NCBI GenBank assembly: GCA_977016875.1
Contig: CDRNST010000144.1
Coordinates: 6,510,001 to 6,574,000 of the forward strand
DNA from: Pavona decussata
Lineage: Eukaryota
DNA length: 64,000 nucleotides
Reading direction: 5' to 3'
Of the stretch, positions 51,270-63,085 are shown piece by piece. A model generated the notes under the pieces. That model ran no database searches. It was not told where the DNA came from and saw only the letters and a program-made list of their open reading frames with translations. The position numbers and the translations under genes are program-made. Every line of letters begins with the position of its first letter. Positions within the stretch are counted from its first letter, which is position 1.

Positions 51270-51830
51270 TTGTCAATGTTTTCTTCAAACGTTTCCTATG
51301 GTGTACAATCTATCTATTTGCCTTCCATGACACAGACATGGGCTTCACGTGGTGATTTTAATTTCCTTCGCTCTAACTTGAAACCCCTTATTTCTGGAAG
51401 GGTTCAAAACCAGCTTCAGTGGTTGCTGACTCCAATACATGTCAACAACAACCACTGGGGCCTTCTTTGTTTTGACATGGTTTCATTCCAAGCCTATTTT
51501 GACGATCGACTCAAAGTTAATCCACCAATCAATATTCGTTCCATTATTCAGATTGTATTCATAGCTGTTAACTTGTCTTTGTCCAACCAAGCCATACCTC
51601 TGTCACAATCACAATGGGATTCAGTTCCAATTCAACGTTTTGGTATGCCTCTGCAACCTTCAGTTGGAGAAGGTTGTGGGAGCTGTGGCATGGGAATTCT
51701 TGCAGCAAAGGATTTTCTAAATGTTAGTGAGGCTGGAATCCCACAGATTAACTGGCGATTTGAAGACATGACAAAGCATCGTCAACAGCTCTTGCATCAG
51801 TTTGTCCTGTGGAGGTTATCAGTTTCATGA
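51270..51830 (+). pseudogene. Ulp1/SENP (C48) cysteine protease catalytic domain, 5'-truncated by the PLE insertion
   Basis: LLTPIHVNNNHWGLL (His), YFDD (Asp) and PLQP..GSCGMG (oxyanion Gln and Cys). Confidence 0.75.
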
Positions 51831-52022
51831 GCTTTTTCGTGCTTGAAGAACACTGGTTATACCATTAGGCCATTTTCATATTTTCATTGTGATATCTTAC
51901 ATGCGTGGGCCAAATAAGTTAATTCAGTTGATTTTTCAGTGCTATTTGTTAAGCATATATATGTCCGTAGAGCATACAGGTGGTGTGCCCAAGTTTCTGA
52001 AGCAATTTCCATTTTTTGTAAG

Positions 52023-52306
52023 TTCAGTCATTATTTTCATTGTTATAAGTTATGTACATAGGCCAAGTTATGGGGTTACCCTCTCTCTCAGAGCTTACAG
52101 GCGGCGCGCCCATGTTTCTGAGGTGAAGGTGGTCTTGTTTCCAAAATGAACAGTTGATGTCCAACATATTATTTCAGTCATTATTTTCATTCTTATAAGT
52201 TATGTAAATAGGCCAAATTATGGGGCTACCCTCTCCCTCAGAGCTTACAGGCGGCGCGCCCATGTTTCTGAGGTGAAGGTCTCTCTTTCAAAATGAGCAG
52301 TTGATT
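52023..52306 (+). repeat. Tandem duplication, 150-bp period
   Basis: TTCAGTCATTATTTTCATT...CAGAGCTTACAGGCGGCGCGCCCATGTTTCTGAGGTGAAGGT at 52023 and 52173. Confidence 0.85.
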
Positions 52307-52599
52307 TTCAAATTACCTCAGTTTATCTTTTTAATTTTACAATTGTTTTTTGTTTTTGTTTTTGTTTTTTTGTTTCTCTACATAAGCCAAATCATGGTCA
52401 GGTCTCTCCCTCCTCTTCCATGAATGTATCAATGGAAAATCTCGGTCAATGAAATGATATTTATTTTAACTTACCATACAGGTGCGTTTTTTTCTTTTGA
52501 TGCTGGAGGTGTTTATTTGTTTTTTCAAAACTTAACAATAGATTCTATAATTATTGAAAGACTTCAAAAATTACATCAGCGCACTGTCAAAGTTTCATT

Positions 52600-53651
52600 T
52601 TTCAAGGGTCAAAGGGATACTTTCTTGACAAAGAACCTACTGTAAGTTTCCCGTGATTTGTAGCATTGAAAAGGCCAGGCCACCAAATTAATTCTATTTC
52701 TCGCTTGGTGCGAGCATCACCTTGGCCGACTTCTAATGACCCTTTGTAATTAGCCCGCTTGTCAGGTCTCCCTTCTGTGGTTCTCCAGAAATTTCGACTT
52801 TTTGCAGCTCAAAGTTCTTCCATCGGATCAGTTGTTTCCTCATTCGCAATCTCCTCTTGCCCAGAGTATAATGCCGATTCTCTTAACTTGAGCACATCCT
52901 GCTCGTGCAAGGTGTCGGCAAAAGGAGCAATACTAAACACTTTGAAGGAAATGCGTTTGTTTGATGCTGAGTAAAATGGCGGCTTTCGATGAGGAAGCTG
53001 TCTCATGCTGTTTACGTTCCACCAAATTTGTGCAACAAAATGTGCAAAGAACTTCTCTGGGACTTGGGGAAATACTATTGTCAACCATCGACCTGGATGT
53101 TAAAGAAAAGTGTGTAAGCGATGTGATTTGTTAACTGACCAGTGAATCGTTTTGGTTAATTGCCTTAACTATCAAGTGGTTTATAAATAAATGCATGCCT
53201 GCATTATAGTTATCGAACTCCCGCCACTAAATTAAAACCAGTTTTCTCTAGGGCTTTCTGCAAAGGCAGTTCCTAAGAAACAAATTGCCTACGGTGTTCT
53301 CGAATTCTACTTGGAAAGTGTTTCGGGCCGTATAGTGTATTCCAGAAAGTAATTTGAAAGTACACTGTACTAACCTCGGAGACAGGGATGTAAAGAGGCA
53401 TTCATTTGCTCGGTCAGACCCGCCAACCATGACAGATATCCCTCCTGGTACTCTTTCGATCGTCTATCCATACACTTGAAATCGGGTATAGAGACTAATT
53501 GCTCTTTGTTGTCCCAGAACCTGATACTTCTAGCGCTGAGTAGCGCTTTTTCCGGGTGTTTTGTACCTGTGTGTTTTTCAACAGCCCTAAGCGTTTTAAA
53601 TCGCTTGGAACAGAAACAGCACTGTTGGGTATAAGTAAAACTTAGAGCCAT
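52600..53651 (-). pseudogene. Two-exon gene with a single N-terminal C2H2 zinc finger; premature TGA
   Basis: Exon 1 (53651-53375) encodes CCFCSKRFKTLRAVEKHTGTKH. A phase-1 GT..AG intron (53374-53093) joins ..PCLR-G-RWLTIVFP in frame. TGA at 52809-52811, with the frame open for about 65 more codons. Confidence 0.6.
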
Positions 53652-53886
53652 TTCAAACTTGAAGCAATTCAGTTCCACGTGCGCATGTAACCAGTTATGC
53701 GATGCCGGATGTTGAAACAAAGCAACAATAGATCTTACTCGCCTCTAGCTCTTTCAGCCATATCATTTGACAATACCCAAGGGAGTAATGTATTTCGGAA
53801 TTCCAGATTTTCACGCTTGAATTGTTTGCAGTTCTCAGTTCAGAGTTCTCTCTTCTGATTGTTACGGAATCGGACCTTGCTTTACG

Positions 53887-54864
53887 ATGGAAGAAGGCGA
53901 AAAGAAAGTTATTAGGAGAAATTCGGGGAAATCTTTCAAGTCGAGAGTACATGATAAAACAGAAAAGCGAAAGCAACGAAAGGAGTGGTTGAAGAGGAAG
54001 CGTGAGGAGATGCGACAACGTCGGCACAAGCCCGAGGTTGAAGAACCCACAGGACTTAAAACAGTCGTGGAGGATAAAAAGGAAACAGCATAAAGATAGC
54101 ACATCCAAGTTTAAAGAGCTGAATCGAAACCTCTTATCTGTTTATAGGACAGAACCAATTGATTTGGGGACTTTTGGCAGATGCTTCCCTGCGACATACC
54201 GCCAAGTTTATCGAGTCGTTGTAAAGGAGATGAAGATGAAAGACACAACGAAGGAAGAACTCGAACGAGCCAAACGAGAGGTAATTATAGAGGCCACAGT
54301 GTTGTCAGAACTTAGAGACCACCCCGGAATACCTCATCTGTTTGGCGTGTGTTCTGAGGAAGCGCCATTTTATCTTGTTCTCCAGTACCACACTGTTGAG
54401 GGCTGTAGTGTAACCCTCTCTGTAGCTGTGACCACAAGTATGGTTGATGGTGCCGACGGCTGTGTAAAGACTCTTAAACAAATCGGTGAAATTGTGCTGT
54501 TTCTTCACACGAAGGGTTATTTGCACAATGATCTTAAAGGCAACAATGTTGTATTGGATGGTGCAAACCATAACCCTATCATTATTGACTTTGGCAAGAG
54601 CAGGAAAATTCAAAGACAAGGCTTTTGAAACCCAAAGTCAACATCAAGGAAGTGTTGAAACGCTACCCACATATAGCACCTGAATTGCATCGTAGAGATA
54701 GACAATCCACAGCGAGTGACGTGTATTCATTTGGTGCCTTAGTTCATCGAGTTTTAAAGGACGGAAAACTCAACGTTCCTGCCTTGAAGAGCGTTGCTAA
54801 AAATTGCCTCTCCACTAATCCAGGAAAACACCTGGAACTGAAAGACGTTTTACAAGAAATTTAG
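53887..54864 (+). pseudogene. Intronless Ser/Thr/Tyr protein kinase, frameshifted
   Basis: LGTFG, VVVKEM, HPGIPHLFG, LHNDLKGNNV and IDFGKS. HIAPEL and SDVYSFG fall in the next frame (54625-54864). Confidence 0.85.
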
Positions 54865-55449
54865 AATTTTTTTATCATCACAGAACTGGTTTGGAAAACT
54901 CAGCGTGAATTAGTTTTGTTTTTGAAAACCATCGAACTGAGAGGTCTTACCTAATTTGTACAATGATTCCTACACTGATTTTTAATTTAACTTGGCTCGG
55001 GTTTTGTCAATGATGACAGAATGTAATTAAAAATCCAAATGTTGACAGCTATGATGCATGTATTTCTCTTGGGTTGGGAGTCTCCTGCTAAGTTTTAAAC
55101 AAAGGGCTTCGATCAAGGCCAGGAATTTAATCCACCACAAATATGCGAAGCACGCGTCTTTAAAAGACGCCTCGTCCCTAAAATCGGGGCTCTGGCTTGT
55201 TATGAAAGGTCTCCATAATTTGTTCAAGTGGAATAGCAACAAATGTTCACGATGATCTTGACACGTACATAAAAACAGTCCATGCACACTACGGACTTCA
55301 AGCAGCAAAGCTACCCAGCAACCCACTCAGTGCTTATTTTGCTTTTACATATTTTAGTTATTCTTATTTGTAGGTTTTTAATTCTTAGTCAACAGGACCC
55401 CATTGATAGCAGTACTCTATACTGAAGGGTTATCCTGTATAAATATTCG

Positions 55450-55522
<73 letters not shown>
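55450..55522 (+). repeat. (TTA)n microsatellite
   Basis: About 24 perfect units. Confidence 0.97.
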
Positions 55523-55849
55523 GTTATTCAACGTTCATCATCCAACAGTCTTGTGCAGAAACAGGTAAGCTCTCCCGATTGTATTATTTGTATTATTTTG
55601 TAAACAGATCTTTGAAATACGTCTGAGAACAAGTACTGGAATCCTTTAGGTGGAAAGTAAGTTATACTTGTTGGAGAATTCCTTAAGCTATGCCCTGTGC
55701 CAAATTATTTCGATGAAGGTATACCTATATACGAATCTGAACTGTTTGATAAGTGCTTCCGACATACATATGAACTTCTCACAAACATGTGATAAAACAG
55801 CAGCGAACATGAGTTTTGCAGTGCAAAGCAGGCTGGTACAAAACTACAC

Positions 55850-56600
55850 TTAACCAGGAGGGGGTGTGTGTAGTTTGTTGTGAGCCAAAGGTTTCACCTA
55901 GATTCCCCCAGTCAGACATGCCAGAACATAACATCTCAGACTGTTCTTCATGGACCCAAAAGCGCACGCACAATCCGCGACTGTTTCAACTGTCAGTCTG
56001 AGAATGTTGTGTACTGTATCACTTGCCACCGTTGTACCAGCATGTACATCGGAGAGACTGGAAGGCGCATACGGGAACGCTTCAGTGAGCACCTGCGCAG
56101 TATTCGCAATCGAACTCCTGGGCTTCCCGTAGCTGAACACTTCAACTCCACCTCCCACTCGATAGACGATATCATGGTCTGCGGCGTCAAGCAGTGCACA
56201 GGGAACAACCTCCATCGAAAGCGTCAGGAAATGAAGCTTATCTTCACGCTTGGCACACTTAAGCCTAGCGGACTTAACATTAATTTTAATTTCTTTTAAT
56301 TTCTTTTAATTTCTTTTAGTTTCTTTTAGTTTCTTGTATTTATTTTTATATTTATTTTTATTTCTTCTTCTTGCGCACATATTCCACGTGTGCGTGCACG
56401 CGCTTTACAGTTACGGTTTAAATGTAATTTATGAGGATTCTTTTACGTGCGCACTACGTTAACGGTTAGGTTTTTTGTATGGTGCAACGGGCCTTTTTCA
56501 GTACACTGATGAAGGGCTCAGCCCGAAACGTTTGTACTAATGTACTCAGTTGACACTTTATTAACGTTTTAACGTTTATTTTCATATATTTTGACAGTGA
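55850..56600 (+). mobile_element. Penelope-like (Neptune-type) 3' end: GIY-YIG endonuclease + pseudo-LTR
   Basis: FNCQSENVVYCITCHRCTSMYIGETGRRIRERFSEH..VAEHFN..LGTLKPSGLN (55880-56299), with a hammerhead downstream. Confidence 0.9.
56500..56538 (+). ncRNA. Minimal type I hammerhead ribozyme
   Basis: AGTACA-CTGATGA-A-GGGC TCA GCCC-GAAA-CGTT-TGTACT. Conserved core boxes, a 4-bp stem II, a 6-bp stem I and a palindromic AACGTT in place of stem III. Confidence 0.85.
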
Positions 56601-56684
56601 GTTAGTTTGTCATAACACTCCAGGGACAGGGCTATTCTGCAACAAAAATGGCAGTGGATTTGAATACAACTTGTTTCCAACAAA

Positions 56685-59104
56685 CCAGGCCATTGAACGG
56701 GAACGACATGTCATGCCAACCTTACAGGATTTCAAGGCAGAGGTCAACGGATCAAAATTCTTCTCAAAGCTCGACTTAAAACTAGCTTATCACCAACTTG
56801 AATTGAAGCCGGAAAGTCGCTTCATTACAACATTTTCTACGCATGAAGGCTTGTTCCGATACAAACGCTTGAACTACGGAACTTGCAGCGCTGCAGAAAT
56901 TTTTCAAAATGTCTTAGAGAAAAATCTCAGAGACATTCGAGGCGTGAAAAACATTGCTGATGACATAATTATCCATGGCAAAACAAAGAAAGAGCATGAT
57001 GAGGCCCTTGAGAACTGCCTAAAACGTCTAGCAACACTCAAACTTAAGGTCAAAGGAGAAAAGTGTTGTTTCCTGCAGAAAGAAATTAAATTCTATGGGC
57101 TGATATTTACTGCTGAAGGCACCAAGCCAGATCCGGAACGAATCAGTAAACTGGTCAATGTATCCCGTCCCACAAATTCAAGTGAGGTTCGCAGTTTTCT
57201 TGGAATGGCAAACACCTGCCATGAATACATTCCGAACTACGCAACAATTACCGCGCCACTTCGAGAACTAACGAAAAAGAACTCTACCTTCGAGTGGAAG
57301 GTTCCACAGCAGAAAGCTTTTGAACAGCTGAAGAAAAAGCTTACCCAAACACCAGTTATGGCTTACTATGACACTAACAAACGAAGCCTTGTAATCGTCG
57401 ATGGTTCGCCTCATGGGGTGAGCGCCATTTTGGCACAGAGGGACCAACAAGGTCTGCCGTACAAAATAATCTCCTACGCCAGTCGAGCCCTAAGCTCTGT
57501 GGAGAAGAGGTATTCTCAAACTGATATTGAAGGACTTGCCTTGGTTTGGGGCATTGAGCACTTCCGCATGTTCCTACTGGGATCAGAGTTTGACGTCATT
57601 ACAGACCACCGAGCCTTGGAGGCCATCTTCAACAACCCACGGTCAAACCCTCCTGCCCGCATACAGCGGTGGATGATGAGGCTTCAACTATACAACTTTA
57701 GAGTAATCTACCACAAAGGACTACTGAATGAGGCCGATTACTTAAGCAGACACCCGACTTCGACAACGCAAACAACTCCGGACGAAGAGCAGATAGCAGA
57801 AGAACATGTCAACTTCATCATTACTCACGCGATCCCCAAGCACATGACAATTGAAGAGGTCAAAGAGGCAACTGCTCGGGATCCCGTTCTGACTAGAGTA
57901 AAACAAAGCATGCAAAGTGGAAGATGGGATGATCAAGATCCCGAACTCAAACCATACAAACTATGTGTTGACGAACTAACACTCAACACATCAGAAGACA
58001 TACTCCTCAAAGGTACGCGATTAGTAATTCCAGCAGAATTGCAAGAAAGAGCAACCGCACTCGGACACATTGGTCATCAAGGCCTTGAGAAAACCAAGAG
58101 TCTGTTGCGTGAAAAGATCTGGTACCCAAACATGGATAAACGGGTACACGAAATGATTGACAAATGCGTCGCTTGTCAAGCAGTGGGACCAAGCAGCGCT
58201 TCTCAACCAATGGAGCTCACACCCACTTCGGACACTCCATGGGAAAGCGTCGCAATAGATTTCTACGGTCCCATACCCCAGACTGGCGAATACCTACTTG
58301 TCGTGATAGACACGTACTCAAAGTTCCCAGAGGTCGAAATAGTCAATTCTACTGAAGCAAGAGCATGCATACCGAAACTTGACAAGATCTTTGCAACCCA
58401 TGGCATACCAAAGAAACTCAAAACCGATAATGGACCTTCGTTTAACGGACATGAATACGAAAGATATATGAACGTCCTTGGCATTGAATGGCATACAAGC
58501 ACCCCACACTGGCCCCAAGGAAACGCTAATGCAGAGAGCTTCATGAAACCACTCGGAAAGCTGATGAAAACTGCACAAATCGAAGGAAAAAAATGGAAAC
58601 AAGAACTCCAACGATTTCTTCTGAGTTACAGGTCTACTCCACATGCTACAACAAAAGTCGCACCATGTGTTCTACTGTTCAATCGAACAATGAGGGGACA
58701 GTTACCTGAAATTAGCGAGCAGGAAGGTTCTCAACAAACACGCGATTGCAAAGGAGAACATTCAAACAGCGAAACACAAAAACAAAAACTACTACGACAA
58801 GCAACACCGAGTGCAAGAATCAGCCATACAAGAGGGTGACACTGTCATTTGTCTCCAACAGAAGAAACACAAACTCACGCCCCGGTTCGACCCGGAACCA
58901 CTCACAGTTACCACAAGAAAATACAACATGGTCACCGCCGAAGCGACCAGTGGCCGAACAGTCACTCGGAATATCTCCCATTTCAAAAAAGTAGATAGGG
59001 AGGACAGTGATGATGAATGCGGTGACTTACAGGCGGAATCCGAACAAGAGGAAAGGGAGACGAGAAAATCTGATGCCTGTGTCTCAATAAATGACCCTCT
59101 CTGA
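56685..59104 (+). mobile_element. Ty3/Gypsy pol fragment (RT-RNase H-integrase), 5'-truncated, no LTR seen
   Basis: SKLDLKLAYHQ, NIADDIII, VRSFLGM, ISYASRAL..EKRYSQ, TDHRAL, H-H-C-C zinc finger, IDFYGP, TDNGPSF and NANAE. Frameshift near 58720. Confidence 0.95.
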
Positions 59105-59750
59105 GAACGAGTTGCTCCCGAAGGACGGCAAATCATCCTTGCTGGGGATATGGTGACGAAGGTAACAATGTGCTTGAGTTTCAAGTGAATTTTAGCAATG
59201 TTTTCGAAGTGCTCTCCTCAAATGACAGGTCAAATTTCATTCATATAGGACTTCAAGTTTTCCAACCTTTTCATTAACACATATACAGTGCTGCAAGTGT
59301 ACCAGCCGCTGAGAGATAAACCACTCAAAACGGGGTCTGGAAGCTCTGAGAAGCCATGAAAACACAGTAAAACACACAGGGTAAGCTTTTTTTAGAATTT
59401 ACTGTAATTTTTGTGGGTTTTCCAAGGAACATTGTCGTTTAATTTTTTATCAAATTTCAGGGTCCGACAAATACTGAGCCAGGACACCAGGGACAAGCTG
59501 AAAATTTTACCGGCCAAGTGTTCTGTTTCTCGAAGAAGCCCGCCAGGCCGTGGTGGTTTACTGACCAGTTATTATGTGTAACATGCTAAAATCTATGTTA
59601 TGTTTACCTTTTGTAATAAAACGTGAGGCATTATGGGATACAATACAGACTTTTTTGTCAAAATATTGTCAAGTTTCGTTCCATTGTTTTTATCGGTTTC
59701 GATCGCCATTTTCACATGCTTTGTAACTTTCAGACCCAGTTTTCTCCGGT

Positions 59751-59776
59751 ACAATACAATACAATACAATACAATA
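59751..59776. repeat. (TACAA)n microsatellite, probably a minus-strand retroposon tail
   Basis: 5 units followed by TTTATTT (AATAAA on the minus strand). Confidence 0.7.
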
Positions 59777-59928
59777 TTTATTTAAAGTCCGGGGCATAGG
59801 GAGTGATTGCCCAATCTCCCGAGCCAGGGGCTCGTGATAAAAATCCTTGACCCAAAAAAAAGGTAGAGGCCAAAAGGCCAGGCCAGGATAAGTTTGTCAG
59901 GAAATCGCCCAAGCTCGTTGCTGGCAAC

Positions 59929-60342
59929 ATGAGTGCTGAAAAAAACACAAAACAGAAGACAAAATATGACGACAAGGAGTACGATTCCAAAAGACTAAAA
60001 AGGGTATTCCAAACGAGGTGGCATCAGGAATTTCCTTGGCTAACGGTGGATGACGAACGCGGCGTTACGAAATGCAAAATCTGTTGCATGTGGCCAACCA
60101 TTTCTGACCCTCAGAGTCCACTGGTGTTAGGAAGTGTTAGATTTAGAAAGGATCCACTGTACACTCATGCCAAAAGTGTGTTCCACATTCCCTGTGTAAC
60201 GAGGGAAAGCAGTGTGAATGTGCCGCTGAAAGACACTCCACTTGGGAAAACTGTGGTACCTTTGGAGAAGGAATAGCAACATAGGATGAAAAGTATTTTC
60301 AACACTGCCCATGCTATTGCCAAAAATTGTCATCCCTTTAGG
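59929..60342 (+). pseudogene. hAT-type (ZNF862-like) transposase N-terminal zinc finger remnant
   Basis: RVFQTRWHQEFPWL..KCKICC..FRKDPLYTHAKSVFH..FNTAHAIAK. Confidence 0.65.
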
Positions 60343-60416
60343 TAAGTCACAGAGGAGGTTTGACAGGAATCCCACAATGCAGCAACAATGCTGAAATTTC
60401 GACTCGTACTTCAAAA

Positions 60417-62012
60417 TGGCGGCAAGTTACGGGAAATCGGTTGGCCTTCTTCGTTTTTGGTTGACTTGTAACATTCTGGAAGGTAGGTGGACTAAATTTC
60501 TTTTGTTTTTCAAGCGTAAAGATGTCTTTATTGTATGCAAATCATGATTGAGTCACTGCAATTGCATGGAGTGCCCAATGAGAGGCGACCAGTTCACGGA
60601 AGCATGGTTTTCTCTTGTTATATAAAATTCCCTTGGTAGAAAAGCATCTTTTTGAACAATCAATCAATCAATCAACTTTATTTAAAGAGGGTAACACGGG
60701 ACAGTACTTCAAATGAATAACTAGTGGCCCTCAAATTAAAATTGTGTAACAAAAATTAAGTGACCAAAAATACATATCATTAAAGAGAAAGAACTGTAAA
60801 TATATACCTCTATTTACAATTATAAAATATCCTCACAATGAGTGTCTTCAAACTATAATTACAATAAAAATACTGCTAAGATGGTTCAAGTGAGAGGAAG
60901 GTTGTGAAGTGCCGGACTAGCATATGGCAAAAAATAAAATTACGTAACAGAGTGACAGTGGCTGTAACTTCAGTTGAAGTAAATTTTACCTCTAGTAGCT
61001 TTTTATTGTAAGAGTCGCAAAAAGGCTCCACGCTTTATCGTCAAAATCATCTTTGAATTATTGGACCTTCAAGATAGCTTGAGATGCTTTTAGAAGAGAA
61101 GTATGAGAAACGCTCTTGAAGCAAATTCTGGTTGCAAAGATTTCCAATGTTGCTGTTCTGTATTTTAGAATCATCTGTCTTATATTTTACTTTTCAGGTC
61201 TTATGGAAAGTCACTCTTCTAGCGGTGAAAGGCATTCTGCGTCTTTAAGAATAACACCATCAAAGCCTCAAGGAAAACGAGAATGCCACCAAGAACTTGT
61301 TCCACGCGGAACTTGAACAAAGAAATCACTTTTGTTTGGCTCCACTTCATGCTTAAAATCGCCATCTCCGAAATTTAAGGTAAATATTTTGCTTGAAATG
61401 TTTATTAACATTGAACTGATGATTATTTTGCATTCATCCCCTGTTAAATTTCACAAGTGGACTTTTGAAGAAGAAAGGGCATTGACAGAATTTTTAGGAT
61501 TAGCCAAAACAAGCCCCGATTATGGCCTTAGTGGCAAAGACTGGCCAGGTTTTCAACAGGACCACAAATTATGGAAAGATGCAGCCCAACATATCAGAGC
61601 ACATCATCCAACATCCGTTAGACGAGAACATATGAGAATGTTAAGTATGCTCGGTTTTGATGGAGCTTGTCATTTTACTTTGATTTAGATCGGTGATACT
61701 CTTTACTGAAATATTCTTGAATTGGAAAACCAAAACAGGGAAAATAACTTAATGTTGTTGCTGATTACTTTAATTTTTTGTTTATGCATGTAAATGCCTT
61801 GAATTGCAGCAGGTTATGTTCGATATCAGAGACAATACTCTATTAAATACCCCTCAAAACTCATATTTTCCTTTTTCTTTTTTTCACAAGGTAGCAGAAT
61901 AAGGGCAAGAGTTGTTAACTACCTGTGAAAGAAGTTTTGCACAGTTGCCGAAGCAGAATCACACTACAACCTGTCCCTCTCTGACTATCTGGCTGAGTGG
62001 GAACCTTCACAG
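60417..62012 (+). pseudogene. Decayed multi-exon gene with a Myb/SANT-like repeat
   Basis: ATGGCGGC at 60417 with a donor near 60483, a TTTTCAG acceptor near 61197, KWTFEEERALTEFL...WPG..HKLWKDAAQHI, and an acceptor near 61890. Confidence 0.35.
60657..61050 (-). mobile_element. LINE 3' tail remnant
   Basis: (ATCA)n followed by ACTTTATTT, which reads AATAAA plus a (TTGA)n tail on the minus strand. Confidence 0.5.
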
Positions 62013-62199
62013 ATGAAGTTGAAAAGTGGAGTGGATAAATGCTGCCAAACAACTCTTTCTTTAGAAGTTGTCTTCGTCTCTAGACAGTCAGCCTGTTTCC
62101 AACTCAGTACTTATGGTAGATACAAGTACTCAGACACAATTGCAGTCGGGAATGGACATAATGTAATCCAAAATGTGTATGACACTGACTTGTCAAACG

Positions 62200-62810
62200 T
62201 TAAAAACCAAATGTTTATAAAAACTTAAGAAGACCTTTTGGCCAAAAATCTTTGGCCTTCGTCGGTTTAAAAAATGACAAATAAGCAAACGCTTATCTAA
62301 CGGTTCACAGTTTGTGCGTGCTGCAATCACGATGCGTAACGAGCAGTCACTACGCGAGAGAACAAATCACGTGAGTGAGCTGTAAATTCCAGGAACATCA
62401 ATATGTTCATTGCCCGCATTTCGGTCTCGCAGAGAATGCCAGGCCTCAAGAAAAAGTCTCTTGTGGTAATCATGTGCCTTGTCGACATGGTGGCTTGGTC
62501 AAAATCTATACTATGGCCAAACTGATTCGCGTGTTGCAGTATCTTTGAATTGTTATCGCCAACACGGAATGCTCTTCTGTGTTCTTTGATCCTTGCTGCC
62601 AAGGCTCTGTCCATTTGCCCATAGTACACAAAATTGCAATCAGAACACCCAATTTTGTAGACCACACATCTTGATTGTAAAGCGGATCGTTTGTCCTTGG
62701 GCAGTGGGAACCGTGCACGCAAAGTGTTGAGAGGTGTAAAACCAACTTTAAGATTATTGCTTTGCAACACCTTAGAAATTCTTTCGGAGACGCCTCTGAT
62801 ATTAACATGA
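62200..62810 (-). mobile_element. Penelope/Poseidon GIY-YIG endonuclease fragment
   Basis: IRGVSERISKVL..VVYKIGCSDCNFVYYGQMDRALAARIKEH..QHANQFGHSIDFD. Confidence 0.85.
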
Positions 62811-63005
62811 TTTTCCATTGGAAAAAGCAACTATTAGTTAGAGCTGTCAAGAGTAAAGCCATTCAGTACATTAGATTGGCACGAATGGGTCATCTGAAGG
62901 AACAGACAGACTCCAATCGTGCAGCAGACCAACCATGTTCTAGTGGCGTTTCTGCGGCGGCCTGCACAGAAGTTATTTCAATTCCTAATACTTCAGCTGT
63001 TCAAC

Positions 63006-63085
63006 TAGCCCCCCACGCAGTCGTTTTTAGGGGACTCATATTACCTCCTCATACGAGTCCCCTAAATCCAACTGAGCGGGGGCTA
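63006..63085. mobile_element. 80-bp hairpin mini-element with a perfect 9-bp TSD
   Basis: TAGCCCCCCACGCAGTCGTTTTTAGGGGACTC...GAGTCCCCTAAA..CGGGGGCTA, flanked by CTGTTCAAC at 62997-63005 and 63086-63094. Confidence 0.85.

Noticed and set aside
54002-54864. Kinase as a functional host gene
   Set aside because: Frameshifted between the DFG and APE motifs, intronless, and embedded among TE fragments.
55403-55603. Poly-Leu ORF resembling a signal or transmembrane peptide
   Set aside because: Translation of the (TTA)n microsatellite.
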